Source: Nemertoderma westbladi (taxonomy: Eukaryota; Animalia; Xenacoelomorpha). From it: 39,394 nt of DNA. Shown in pieces: positions 1 through 10,223 of this stretch. How positions within the stretch are numbered: position 1 is the first letter of the stretch; the number at the start of each line of letters is the position of its first letter. The translations under genes and the position numbers were made by a program. The notes under the pieces were generated by a model. That model saw nothing but the letters and a program-made list of their open reading frames with translations, was not told where the DNA came from and did no database searches. The stretch lies in NCBI GenBank assembly GCA_032718475.1, contig JAUCBJ010006103.1:1-39394 (forward strand), written 5' to 3'.

Positions 1-431
1 CGAATTAAAGTTTATTGGAAGTTATCTCCTGCATGAATGTGAAAAATCATTAATCCAACTTGACTATAGTCGATTGAAGCAAACTTAGTTAGTCACCGTC
101 TGTGTCCGTTCAGTTTTACTGAACACTGTCGTCACTTTCCTTGCTCATTTTAGTGTCTTCTATTGGACGATTCGCCATAATGGATTACAGTACACGTTAA
201 ACAATTATTTACATACAGTAGCTAGTCCCGTCACTGCAAACTGGATAATAAAGCAGCATTCATTAACATAAATGGAAATAATACATTCTGGAATACAGTA
301 ATTTAAATTGTTTCCATGTCATTGATTACTTTGCAGCGTTCCGTCCTATAGGCCGCAACGCTGCAAAGTAGTACTTTGCAGCGTTATGAGTAATTCACCA
401 GAACGCTGTTAAGTTGACATAATGTAACAAA
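1..431 (-). mobile_element. Partial inverted copy of the non-autonomous Crypton-like element at 2744-3511 (runs off window start)
   Basis: 1-431 is a gapped but clearly alignable reverse complement of 2744-3192 (e.g. ccagaacgctgttaagttgacataatgtaacaaa vs tttgttacattatgtcaacttaacagcgttctgg). It contains a 14-bp motif tactttgcagcgtt in alternating orientation at 327-340, 357-370 and 372-385. Confidence 0.8.
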
Positions 432-539
432 AATAATTTATTGAATATCCATAAATAAATAAATAAATGAGTTTGATATCAGACCCCCCCCCCCCCCCCC
501 CCCAACCTCCTCATAATCCGTCTCTGCTCAAAGAGCGTA

Positions 540-890
540 CATTTCAGACTGATCACCGCATGGTGGAAAGGATCAAATGAAGACTTAGCGCTTAACAAGT
601 GTATGAAAGAGTCTACCCCACATCATCACGACTAATCTTCATTATTGGAAACTTCTTTATAAATTAGGAATTTACAATTGAGGTTTCAAATAGATCTTCG
701 AGCCTGATATAATATTGAAATGAACCTCTGTGAGAAATATACTGAGTTCCCTGCAACAGTAACATGGCTGCAAATACAGCTGTTCCTCTGAAACAACTGA
801 AGCTGGAGTAGATCCCCTGGGCAGACGAACGTATTCTAGACCTGCGAGAGGTTTTTAACAAGGCCCAAAGAGAGTATCGTAGCCGACGCA
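540..890 (+). mobile_element. Degenerate RTE-type LINE ORF fragment (end of APE endonuclease plus linker)
   Basis: Fragmented translations TDHRMV (APE C-terminal SDH motif), FTIEVSNRSSSL (compare FSLELSNRYE in the LINE at ~6240) and VPLKQLKLE*IPWADERILDLR occur in the usual LINE order, with stops and frameshifts. Confidence 0.5.
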
Positions 891-1475
891 ATAAAACACT
901 TAATAAAGATAAATTAAAAAAAAAATAAAAAATCTTTATATATAAAATTCCAATAAAAAGTCGACCGAAAAGTGAAATCCTGGTATTCTTCACATGGGCG
1001 ACCGAAGCTAAATTTGATTTTTATTAAGATCACACAGAATGACCGACTGCAGTATACTTAGTATGACCACAAGCTGTCGTTCAGTTACATGGAAATGAAA
1101 TGTTCCAGAATTTTTGATGAAATGTGATTATTAAAACTTAATAGCTTACGCAATAAAATAGCGGATGAGAATTAATTATAATATGTATAAAAGTTTAATT
1201 GGTTTAATAAATGATTTAGCTCTCTATCATCAACGCTAATATTGAAAAGTCATCGTTACAGGGGAAGAGGTACGTACCGGTACTCAAACTAACTATTTCA
1301 TAAAGATAAGCGAGACATTAGTCATAGTAACTAGCTAGTTTTATGCTAGTTTTTTAGGCTACAGTAACGTATGCCACTCACTACATTCTTTTCTACAAAA
1401 AGACTTATTATAAATAGCGTATATATTTGGCAACAGTTAGGGGCTATGAAGTGTTTTTTTATGAGTTCTACATAA

Positions 1476-1690
1476 AGCAGCAGCTTGGTCTAGTGGTGAC
1501 ATTACTGTGCTTCCGATTAGGGAGCCCGGGTTCGATCCCTAGATGGGGCAGCACTGTTTGGGCACAGTGCTTTAAATGCTGCAGCCTAGCCCAACCCCGG
1601 CTTTCATCCTTCAGTGGTCGATAAATGGGAACCAAGGCAACTTGGGAAACAGAGTGGAAGGGTTTACAGTGGAAGATCACCCATCTCCCA
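1476..1690 (+). mobile_element. tRNA-derived SINE with Meta/MESC-like central domain
   Basis: Pol III A-box tggtctagtgg (1486-1496) and B-box ggttcgatccc (1529-1539) in a tRNA-like head without a proper acceptor stem. This is followed by ggctttcatccttcagtggtcgataaatgggaacc (~1599-1633), which resembles the MetaSINE core as I recall it (GCCTTCCATCCTTCCGAGGTCGATAAAATGAGTACC). The 3' end is approximate. Confidence 0.7.
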
Positions 1691-1775
1691 TTCATATAGC
1701 AGCATTGTTCTTTATTAATGTTCTGGAACATTTTTCATTTCAAAAACATCGATGTGTTAGATAGTAGAGTAATAA

Positions 1776-2398
1776 CGGTAACAGTTCAGTATTCAGTCGC
1801 ATTTTTATAACATAAATCATTGTTACCATGGCACCATTGCAGAGTTCTAGAACAATATATAATTATTATACACTATTCTAGAACATGAATTAAATAAAAA
1901 ATATAATGTTCTAGAAAATATAGCTGGTCATTTTTCAAATTTAAATGGCTAGTAATTAAAAAAAACTAGATTTTTTTTAACATAAATCATTGTCAAAAAA
2001 TGTAAACTGCTATCATATCCTCAATATTTTTTGCCATTAATATATTCTGCAACAGTTTAAACATGAAATATCAATGTTTTCACATTTTTTATAATTACGA
2101 AAAATAATAGCAAGTAAAAAAACACTAGCTACCATAAAAAACATGTTTACTAATGTTCTACAACACAAAAAAATTGCAGTATTTTTAGAAATTAAGAAAA
2201 AATGTTAATACATATAATAATCATGTTTTGAATAATTACTAGCTAGTCGATTATCTAATATTCTAGAACACAATATTTTTTTTGTTGCATATTGTTATGT
2301 TGCAATGAAGGCAGTTGTGATATTATTATTCAAAAAGTACATCAATTCATTAATTAATATCAAAATATCAAATGCGACTGCATACGGAACTCTAGCCG
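1776..2398. mobile_element. MITE-like element with ~28-bp imperfect TIRs and AT-rich TTCTAGAA-containing interior
   Basis: Left cggtaacagttcagtattcagtcgcattt vs reverse complement of the right end cggctagagttccgtatgcagtcgcattt, with TA after the right end. Interior 2038-2165 is homologous to ~9066-9215. Confidence 0.55.
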
Positions 2399-2743
2399 TA
2401 ATAACACATCATTATTCTAGCTAGTAGCAAATCATTAGGTTTCTGTAGTAACCAGTAGGAATGATAACTATGCAAATAATATACAAGTTTCTTACTGATT
2501 GCGATTCTAGAACATATATTTATTTATTTTGCTTGTACTATCTACTAAAGTTGCTGCTTTGTAGCTAGCCATCTGGAATTCAGATTATTTTTCCTGTTTT
2601 TTTCTAGAACACTCAATATTGTTGTATTTCCGTCGCACTTTACTTTCTATAAGTTTACCAATTTTAGTATAATAAAATATATATTAAAAAATAATATTTT
2701 TTTAATTAAATTATTGCTCAAAAAACAAACGCTATAATAATAC

Positions 2744-3511
2744 TTTGTTACATTATGTCAACTTAACAGCGTTCTGGTGAATTACTCGTAACGCTGCAAA
2801 GTACTACTTTGCAGCGTTGCGGCCTATAGGACGGAACGCGGCAAAGTAATCAATGACATGGAAACAACTTCAATTACCGTATTCCAGAATATATAATTTC
2901 CATTTAAAATAATGAGTGCTGCGTAGGCCATGACGATTCTTTATTATCCAGTTTGCAGTGATGGGACTAGCTACTGTATGTAAATATTTTTTTAACGTGT
3001 ACTGTAATCCATTATGTCGAAACGCCCAATATAAACATTTTAGAGAAAATGAGCAAAGAAAAAGGCGACAGTGTTCAGTAATACTGAACGGATACAGACG
3101 ATGACTCAGTTTGATTCAGTCGACTAAAGGCAAGATGGATTAATGATTTTTTTCACATCCATGCAGGGGATAACTTCCAATAAACTTTAATTAGATTTAA
3201 ATTTATAATTAATACTGTGTACCTGTTAGTAAATGTCACTAATATTCGAAATAGTACATGATGATTAATGTATAAATGAGTATCCATAAAATCCTTTCTT
3301 CACATACCGAACGCTGATAAGTTGACATAATTTAACAAAATTTTTTTTACAAAACATTTTTTTTTTTACATACATCATTGCTTGCAAAGGTCACTTTTCA
3401 GCGTTAAAGACCCTTGTTTATTTATGTAAACCTCCCTCGCTGCGCTCGCTCGGTACGTAAATAAACTCGATTCGTAACGCTGCAAAGTGCTACTTTGCAC
3501 ACAATGATGTA
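2744..3511 (+). mobile_element. Non-autonomous Crypton(V)-like element: subterminal inverted repeats plus terminal 141-bp imperfect palindrome
   Basis: Inverted repeats at 2744-2778 / 3307-3339. Palindrome 3371-3511 (tacatcattg..tgcaaag ... ctttgca..caatgatgta) has ctcgctgcgctcg in its loop. A 28-bp direct repeat lies at 2786-2813 / 3472-3499. The superfamily assignment is inferred from architecture only. Confidence 0.6.
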
Positions 3512-3652
3512 ACTTTCCAGTGCTTTTCCATTCTTATCGCACAACATTTTTATTTCATATATATAATCAGTGATTATTTTTATTTTTTCTAATTGATATT
3601 TGTATGCCATAGATTACAGCCATCGTCTAAAGAAGCTATAATTATTATTACA

Positions 3653-3779
3653 ATGGCGGATCAACTAGAAACTGCAGTCACTAACGGAAAAGTATGGAAG
3701 TCATTCCGTAGTCTTATGGAAAGAACAATACCACATTACCCAGTTCTAAATCCTGTGGACAATACGTCTGATGTTGATG
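3653..3779 (+). CDS. Candidate first coding exon (MADQLETAVTNGKVWKSFRSLMERTIPHYPVLNPVDNTSDVD-G), function unknown
   Basis: Good start context acaATGG, protein-like composition, and a canonical donor G|GTAAGA at 3780 (phase 1). No recognisable homology. Confidence 0.3.
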
Positions 3780-5579
3780 GTAAGAAAATATTTGTAAACT
3801 GAGTTAGTGGTGCCGCCGGCGCCGTAATGGCTGTGGCTGATTTAGTTTTGCAGGCGGCCCATTGTGTGAGGTGTTCTAATATACAATAGGGGTGACCAGA
3901 CCGCCGCCCATTTTTTGGGGCGAGTGGGTCTTCATTGAGGGAGGGGCGATGGTTTAGTTGGTACAGATATATGTTACATACGGCAGCCATATGATCCTTA
4001 CTATATCACTATAAATGTGGCAAATCACTCACTATTACTAGGATCGGCATGCTGCATTGCAGCTGCAATATATATATATATATATTACATATATATTAAG
4101 AATGGTGTGCCGGCTTGTCGAAAAAGTTGTGCCGCCACAACTCCCTATCCTCTATGACATTTGCTAGATTATCCGCATTTTCAAGGCCAGTGTTCTTTAA
4201 GATGCGTCTCAATAAAGTCATGGTCTGTGCAACATGCTTATTCACTCCATGAGGCTGGCATAAAGCACAAGATTATGCACTGGCTGGTCCTCACGGCGAA
4301 AGCAATGTCCTGCAAAGCGGATGCGGGTTTGTTCTAGTGTCAAGCTTGGGGGAACCAATGAGACACCTCCAATGTTATATAGTGTCTGGTTGGAGATGTG
4401 TGCATTGTATTTGACACTGCGAAGCGTAGCGCATTCTTGTGAATGTGCCATCCAGAGATTTGGTGTTCTCAGCCGTTAGAGCCCAGCATGGACTCCCATA
4501 GAGGAGTACTGGAACATACTGCTGCTCTAAATAATCGGACCTTAAGTTTCCGATTAATTCTCGGTGATTTCCAAATCCTGGAAAGCCCATTCGAGGCTGC
4601 CCATGCCTTTCCCTTACGTATTCGAAGGTCCTCACATGACTTCCGGATCCATGATCCCAGGTAACAGAAGTCGTCCACATGCTCAAGAATACCATCCTTT
4701 GCGCTTATGCTCATCCGGTCAGAGACTTGCTGAGGACTTTCAAAGTTAACTGTCGAAATTTTGTTCTTTTTGGAGTTGATAAAAAGACCAACACTAGAAG
4801 CAGCATGTTCTAATGAACTGAGGAGCCTTTGGGCTCCCTCTAGTGATTCTGAGAGTACTCCTAAGTCATCTGCAAAGTCAAGATTAGTTAGGTACTTGGC
4901 TGTATATCCTCGACTTTTGGAGCCGGTAGGTGGTGATACCATGACACCATCATCATTGTGATGATCTAAGGACATGCGTAGAACATGGTCCCACGACATG
5001 TGCCAAAATGGGCTCCATGGTCCCACGACCTTTACGGAACCCATTCTGATTTCCACGGAGCAGTCTCTCAATGGGATCCCTGATGCGATTTAATAGAATT
5101 CTATTGTATAGTTTTGCAGCAATCGAGATCAATGAGATTCCCCGAAAAGATCCATAGAGTGTTTGGTTTCCCTTCTTGGGAACTGGCACCAACTTATTTG
5201 TTTTAATTTCTTGTGAAAGACCTCAGGGGGAACACCATCTACTCCACTGGCACGATTGGTCTTAATGCTCTTTGCAGCAGCCTTCACTTCTGCAAAGGAG
5301 ATATCACCAATAGGAATATCTGGGATTACAGACACGGAGACTTTTACTTCTATAAACTTATCGGGCAATATTTCCCTGTAATTATTGAGGAGCTTTTCAT
5401 AGTGGGCCTTCCAACCATTGAGGCGATCGGCTGGTGATTCAGCCTTAACCTTGGTGGTTGGTTGGCTTTTTCGACCAGCAAGGAAGTTTATCGATTTCCA
5501 TGCCTGGGATGATTGCCTGCTGCCGTCAGCATCATTGATGGCATCAACCTGTTGGTTTATAAGCTCCTGTAGATTAACA

Positions 5580-5713
5580 AGTATATTTTGTTACTTATTA
5601 TTTTATATATTATAATATATTATATTTTTTTACTATTATTTTGTTGACAAGCCGGCACAGCATTCTTAAAAATGCAGCTGCAATGCAGCATGCCGATCCT
5701 AGTAGTAGTAGTA
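5580..5713 (+). mobile_element. Short antisense insertion of the same LINE family's 3' tail, with (TAG)n end and 11-bp TSD
   Basis: 5646-5703 matches the reverse complement of 4038-4119 apart from an (AT)n tract. It ends in (tag)n and is flanked by gtagattaaca at 5569-5579 and 5714-5724. Confidence 0.85.
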
Positions 5714-5953
5714 GTAGATTAACAGAGTACTGCCTGTTCAGGGACCTAGATGAAACCTTAACTGCTTTCTTGGCCGCTGTAGTCTGTTTGAGTCGGGACT
5801 CTTTCTGTGCCTTAGTGAGATCTTCTCGGCACTTGCGAAGGCTGTGGTCAGTCCAGGGTGCCCTTTTTCTGCTTCGAGGGTATACAGCTGTTTCGACAGC
5901 TGCCGCCTTAACTGCCTTAGTGAAGGCAGTATAGTTGTTAGATGCAATCTTCG

Positions 5954-6170
5954 CCCGCGTCCATCCTTCGCCCGGGAGAAACAAATTGTTACCAATTAAG
6001 GGAAAGGGCAGGTTATAGAGACGGCTTTTTCTAACCAAATCAAAAAACGATCTTGTTACCAATTGAGGGAAAGGAGCAGGTTACAGAGACGGCGTTGTTA
6101 ACATAACATGACATTAACACAACATGCATTTTGAGCGCAAAGATTGCTCCAAGCGAAGATTGGACGCGGG
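5954..6170. mobile_element. Small MITE-like insertion inside the RTE LINE
   Basis: cccgcgtccatccttcgc (5954-5971) vs gcgaagattggacgcggg (6153-6170) are 16/18 inverted. There is an internal imperfect duplication ttgttaccaatt..gggaaagg..caggtta.agagacggc at ~5986 and ~6054. LINE-like protein resumes on both sides. Confidence 0.45.
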
Positions 6171-6800
6171 ACTAAGCTTTCCAGTATAGTCCTCACTATA
6201 ATGATCAGTTGCCTCGCTATGCAAGGGCCTCCTCATACCTGTTGCTCAATTCTAGAGAGAAGCTGGATCTCACATAGGGCTCTTTCAATAGAGAGGACAT
6301 AACAACTCTGCAGCTCCCACAACTTGCACCAGAATGCATCTGCCGCATATTCAGTGTTGCAGTTATCGTCTCCATATCGCCCAATGCATCTCTCACCCCC
6401 CCCCCCCCACATTTCCGAATTTGCATCAAATTAGGTAGTAGATTTTCACCATGTGGCGTGCCCCATTCCTTTTAACTCCATTTATTTTCTACAACTCTTA
6501 AGTAACAATAATTTGATATGCATTATTAATTTTAATTTTATAAATCTTACCCTGACTGCGTTCATTTCTATAAAATACTTTCCGATCCCTCACGATAAAG
6601 TCCATATTTTTAAAATTAAAATGTTTTTGGTTGTCATGGTAACAAAAAAAGACCCGAATGATTGGAAAATTATGGTATGGAGTTAGCAACATGGCACGTT
6701 GATCCGGAGTAAAACTCTTTTTACATTTATAATAACCGTATTTGAATTGTTTAAACATGGAAGGAGATATTATTTTATTATTATATAGGTTACAGGTAAT

Positions 6801-7424
6801 AACTATTTACATACTTCTGTGTAAAGTAGCACTTTACAGTGTGATGATCCGAGTGGCTTTGTTACACGAACGAACATTAGTGAGTGTGTGAAAATAAAGC
6901 CACGAGAATCAGAACACAGTACTTTGCAACAAGTATGTATGTAGTTTTATTCCAAAATTTTAACATTACGAAATGATTGTATATATAATATAAGTGATAG
7001 AAACTGCACAAATTATATTAGTTGCTGTATAAATAAATGTAAAAATGACATAAATTATGTTATAAATAAGTTAGCTTATATTTATGGTGGCGTTTGGAGC
7101 CATGTTATAATAATATAGCTAGGCCCTACTGGTTATTAATAGCTATACCCCACCTACCGGTAGGTAATGCAGTAGGCCTATCTGGCTGTCAGGCAAATTT
7201 CCACCTATTGTTTACGTGGTATCCAATGACAGCGTTAAGTTATGCCCCCTTAGTGGACATTACTTAACGTCGTCATGCGTCGTCACGTAAACAATAACAC
7301 CAAATACAATACTAAATGTACAGGCCAATATAATGCCGTAATGTCCTCTAAAGTTGTAAAGTGCTAATTAACAACTCGCCGTTAATACTAACGGCGTTGA
7401 GTAATGTTGCAATTTTGGAATAAA
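6801..7424 (-). mobile_element. Second, divergent Crypton-like non-autonomous element
   Basis: Imperfect palindrome 6801-6946 shares tgYaaagtagcacttt.cagYgt with the 3371-3511 palindrome. Inverted repeats 6946-6969 / 7401-7424 are 22/24 identical. A hairpin gccgtta-atac-taacggc lies just inside the distal repeat. Confidence 0.55.
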
Positions 7425-7923
7425 GTCATTTTCCACTTCAATCCTGCGACTACTATGCTTATATAATACATTGGACAACATATTTTCAATGTTTCATTAT
7501 TCTTCAACATGGGGAACACGCAATAATAGGGCGGAGAACACTAATAGGGATGTTGCCATGGTAAAATGGTCTTTGTAACCAAGTTCTAACAATCCGATAT
7601 GGGCCTCTTTTGGATAATGATGAAAAGCATAAAATTGGGGCCTAGGAAATCATAAATTTAATTACGTTGCAATTTGTCTGAAGTTGAGCACTTTTCTCCT
7701 ATTTTTTGACTGCACTATAAAATATTTATTATTACGATTCAAAGCATGTTCAACCGTGAGAGAGCTTAATATGGTGTTATGTGTGAATTAAAATTATAAT
7801 ATTAAATTAATGATTTACTAAAACAGTTGCTTTGGGTTATTTATTCTAGAACATTTAAACACTGGGAATAACTGCGATATTTTATTTATCTACTAGGCCC
7901 AATACAAGGTGTTCTAAACTACA

Positions 7924-8364
7924 GGCCAAGGCGTCCTAAACTATAGAAACTATAGGCCAAGGCGTCCTAAACTATAGAAACTATAGGCCAAGGCGTCCTA
8001 AACTATAGAAACTATAGGCCAAGGCGTCCTAAACTATAGAAACTATAGGCCAAGGCGTCCTAAACTATAGAAACAATAGGCCAAGGCGTCCTGAACTATA
8101 GAAACTATAGGCCAAGGCGTCCTAAACTATAGAAACTATAGGCCAAGGCGTCCTAAACTATAGAAACTATTATAGGCCAAGGCGTCCTAAACTATAGAAA
8201 CAATAGGCCAAGGCGTCCTGAACTATAGAAACTACAGGCCAAGGCGTCCTAAACTATAGAAACTACAGGCCAAGGCGTCCTAAACTATAGAAACTATAGG
8301 CCAAGGCGTCCTAAACTATAGAAACTACAGGCCAAGGCGTCCTAAACTATAGAAACTATAGGCC
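7924..8364. repeat. 31-bp minisatellite, ~14 copies (ggccaaggcgtcctaaactatagaaactata)
   Basis: Period 31 (unit starts 7924, 7955, 7986...). Near-identical units with a few variants (acaata, ctgaac, ctacag, one +3 tat). The unit has an internal duplication aaactatag-aaactatag. Confidence 0.97.
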
Positions 8365-8527
8365 ATTCAGGCGGAATTTCCGAGCTAATTTGATAGTATA
8401 GATTACATACTGTAGTAAACAAAATAGAAATTTCGGCACTAATATAGCTTGTGTGACCATTTTTGAACATTCATTTTTCATTTTTTGTGTTTTTGAGTGT
8501 TCTTTTGTATTCCGGTACCCGGTTTCC

Positions 8528-8811
8528 GGTACCTACACTTTTTCTTACTTGTACTGCAGTACTGTTGCAAACCACCTTTAGTCAGACAGTTACAGGTACA
8601 CTGTCATACTGTCATAGGCCTATCATAACCATTTATTCTTGTAAAGATGGTTTGGTTTATTATTTTGGTTAGGGTTAGTTGGTCAGGCGGAATTTCTTAG
8701 ATTATGACTTAGGGTTAGGGTTGTATGACAGTTTTAATCAGGGTTGAGGCCGCCACTACTGTAACCAGCGAGTTTTATACAGTATAAAAATACAATGGCC
8801 GTGTAGGTACC
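8528..8811. mobile_element. ~284-bp MITE-like element carrying TTAGGG-type motifs
   Basis: Perfect 11-bp inverted termini ggtacctacac / gtgtaggtacc, with internal ggttagggttag (~8667) and ttagggttagggtt (~8708). Confidence 0.5.
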
Positions 8812-8829
8812 CCAAACTGCATATTCCCG

Positions 8830-9470
8830 ATATTTGTTATGGTAGCTAGTGTTTTTATACTACGTAGGTAGTATATTTTGAAAATAAAAAAATATTAATA
8901 TTGTTTTTAGGTTTTTTTTTGTTATTGGTGAATGTTCTAGAACCGTAGTAGATATTTTTTTAATTTTTTATAGTAGCTGGTGTTTTTTACTAGCTAGTAT
9001 TTTTTTTTACAAAAAATGTATACTGTTATAATATCATCAAATTTATGGTCATAATTTATGGTCATAATATATTCTGCAACTGTTTAAACCTGAAATATCA
9101 ATGTTTTCACATATAGCCTAATTTATGATATATTCATAATTTATAATTTCAAAAATTTCCAGCAGGTAGTAAAAAAACACTAGCATAAAAAACATATCTA
9201 CTAATGTTGTAGAACACTTACAATAACAAAAAAACGAAAAATTTACAGTATTTAGTACAGTTATTTTATCTATAGTAGCGCTAATTTTCACTATATTTTC
9301 GTTCAACTAAAGCAACTCCGCAATATAATTTATACAAAGATAACAGACAATAAAAAAATAAACAAATTAGCTATTTTTTTAATTATTTGTTCTAGAACAA
9401 AATATTTATATTTAATGAATAAATAATATGTTCTAGAACACAAAAAAAGTAATAACAAAAACTAGCTAGT
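8830..9470. repeat. AT-rich interspersed repeat related to the interior of 1776-2398
   Basis: taatatattctgcaac.gtttaaac.tgaaatatcaatgttttcacat and aaaaaacactagc..ataaaaaacat...tactaatgtt are shared with 2038-2165. Recurrent ttctagaac. Boundaries are approximate. Confidence 0.65.
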
Positions 9471-10223
9471 ATAAATTTGGGTGGTGAGTTAATGGTTGGG
9501 GTGAGGTAATCTCTGTATTACAATAAAATTGTAGAACGCCATTCAATTAGAAAAAAATGGCCGGGGCCCTAAGCCGTAAAGTCGTAACGGTTCATACCAT
9601 AAGTCATAAGTAATGCCACAAAATGCCACAAAATGCCACGAGGGGATCTATAGCCTAAAATATTAATCTTAGTTTTTAAAAACACAAGCCTAAAAAACAT
9701 AAAATATTAAAGTTTAATTAAAAAAAACAAAAAAAAATACAAAATAACGTATTTGCGGACCCAGCTAGTAAATCAATAAAAAATACAAAATTTCAAATTC
9801 GAATATTCCAGTTTTTTATAAACATATTTAACGCCATTTCAATGCTTGGTATGAATGGTCTCTCGAGAATTCCGCCTAATGCCGATAAGCCTACAGTCCA
9901 CTGCCTTTTTCGCATTGCTGATCGCATGAAACGTTCGTCTCCCTCCAGGACCAAACTTTCCTTCGCTTTTTAGTTTGAAATTTGGTGTTAAATTTCAAAA
10001 CCCCCGGTAATAATAATTTATACTTGTAAAATTAAAAACTTGTTTTTAAAAATTAAAAACAATATAATTATAGAGTCGTGGTTTAGTGTAACACGGACGT
10101 AGCCACATTGAATAAATAATTAATCCAATAAAATTCATTGTTGAACAAATTATAGGTTGGGATTGCGACAAAGAAAAGGTAAAAATTCATAGCCAAAACG
10201 CAGATCAACATAATATAGTAGAA

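Larger units (their letters stand above)
4031..6300 (-). mobile_element. 5'-truncated, frameshifted RTE-clade non-LTR retrotransposon (reverse transcriptase)
   Basis: Minus-strand motifs in order: FSLELSNRYE, KRAPW, AWKSIN, RASGVDGVPPEVF, PVPKKG..FRGISL, NQNGFRKGRGT, LDFADDL (catalytic DD), FCYLGS, LLYGSPCW, RIRFAGHC. The 3' UTR ends gccgatcctagtaatagt at ~4031. It has an internal deletion near 5000 and two nested insertions. Confidence 0.92.

Noticed and set aside
484-503. Poly(C) tracts here and at ~6395, 18239 and 19720 as functional elements
   Set aside because: They are typical subterminal tracts of non-autonomous DNA elements, and homopolymer length is unreliable.
1476-1550. Functional tRNA gene
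   Set aside because: A and B boxes are present, but acceptor and anticodon stems do not pair properly and the sequence continues into a SINE core.
7924-8364. CRISPR-like 31-bp repeat
   Set aside because: Head-to-tail repeats without spacers, i.e. a minisatellite.
8667-8722. Interstitial telomere
   Set aside because: Only two or three TTAGGG units, embedded in a small element with inverted termini.
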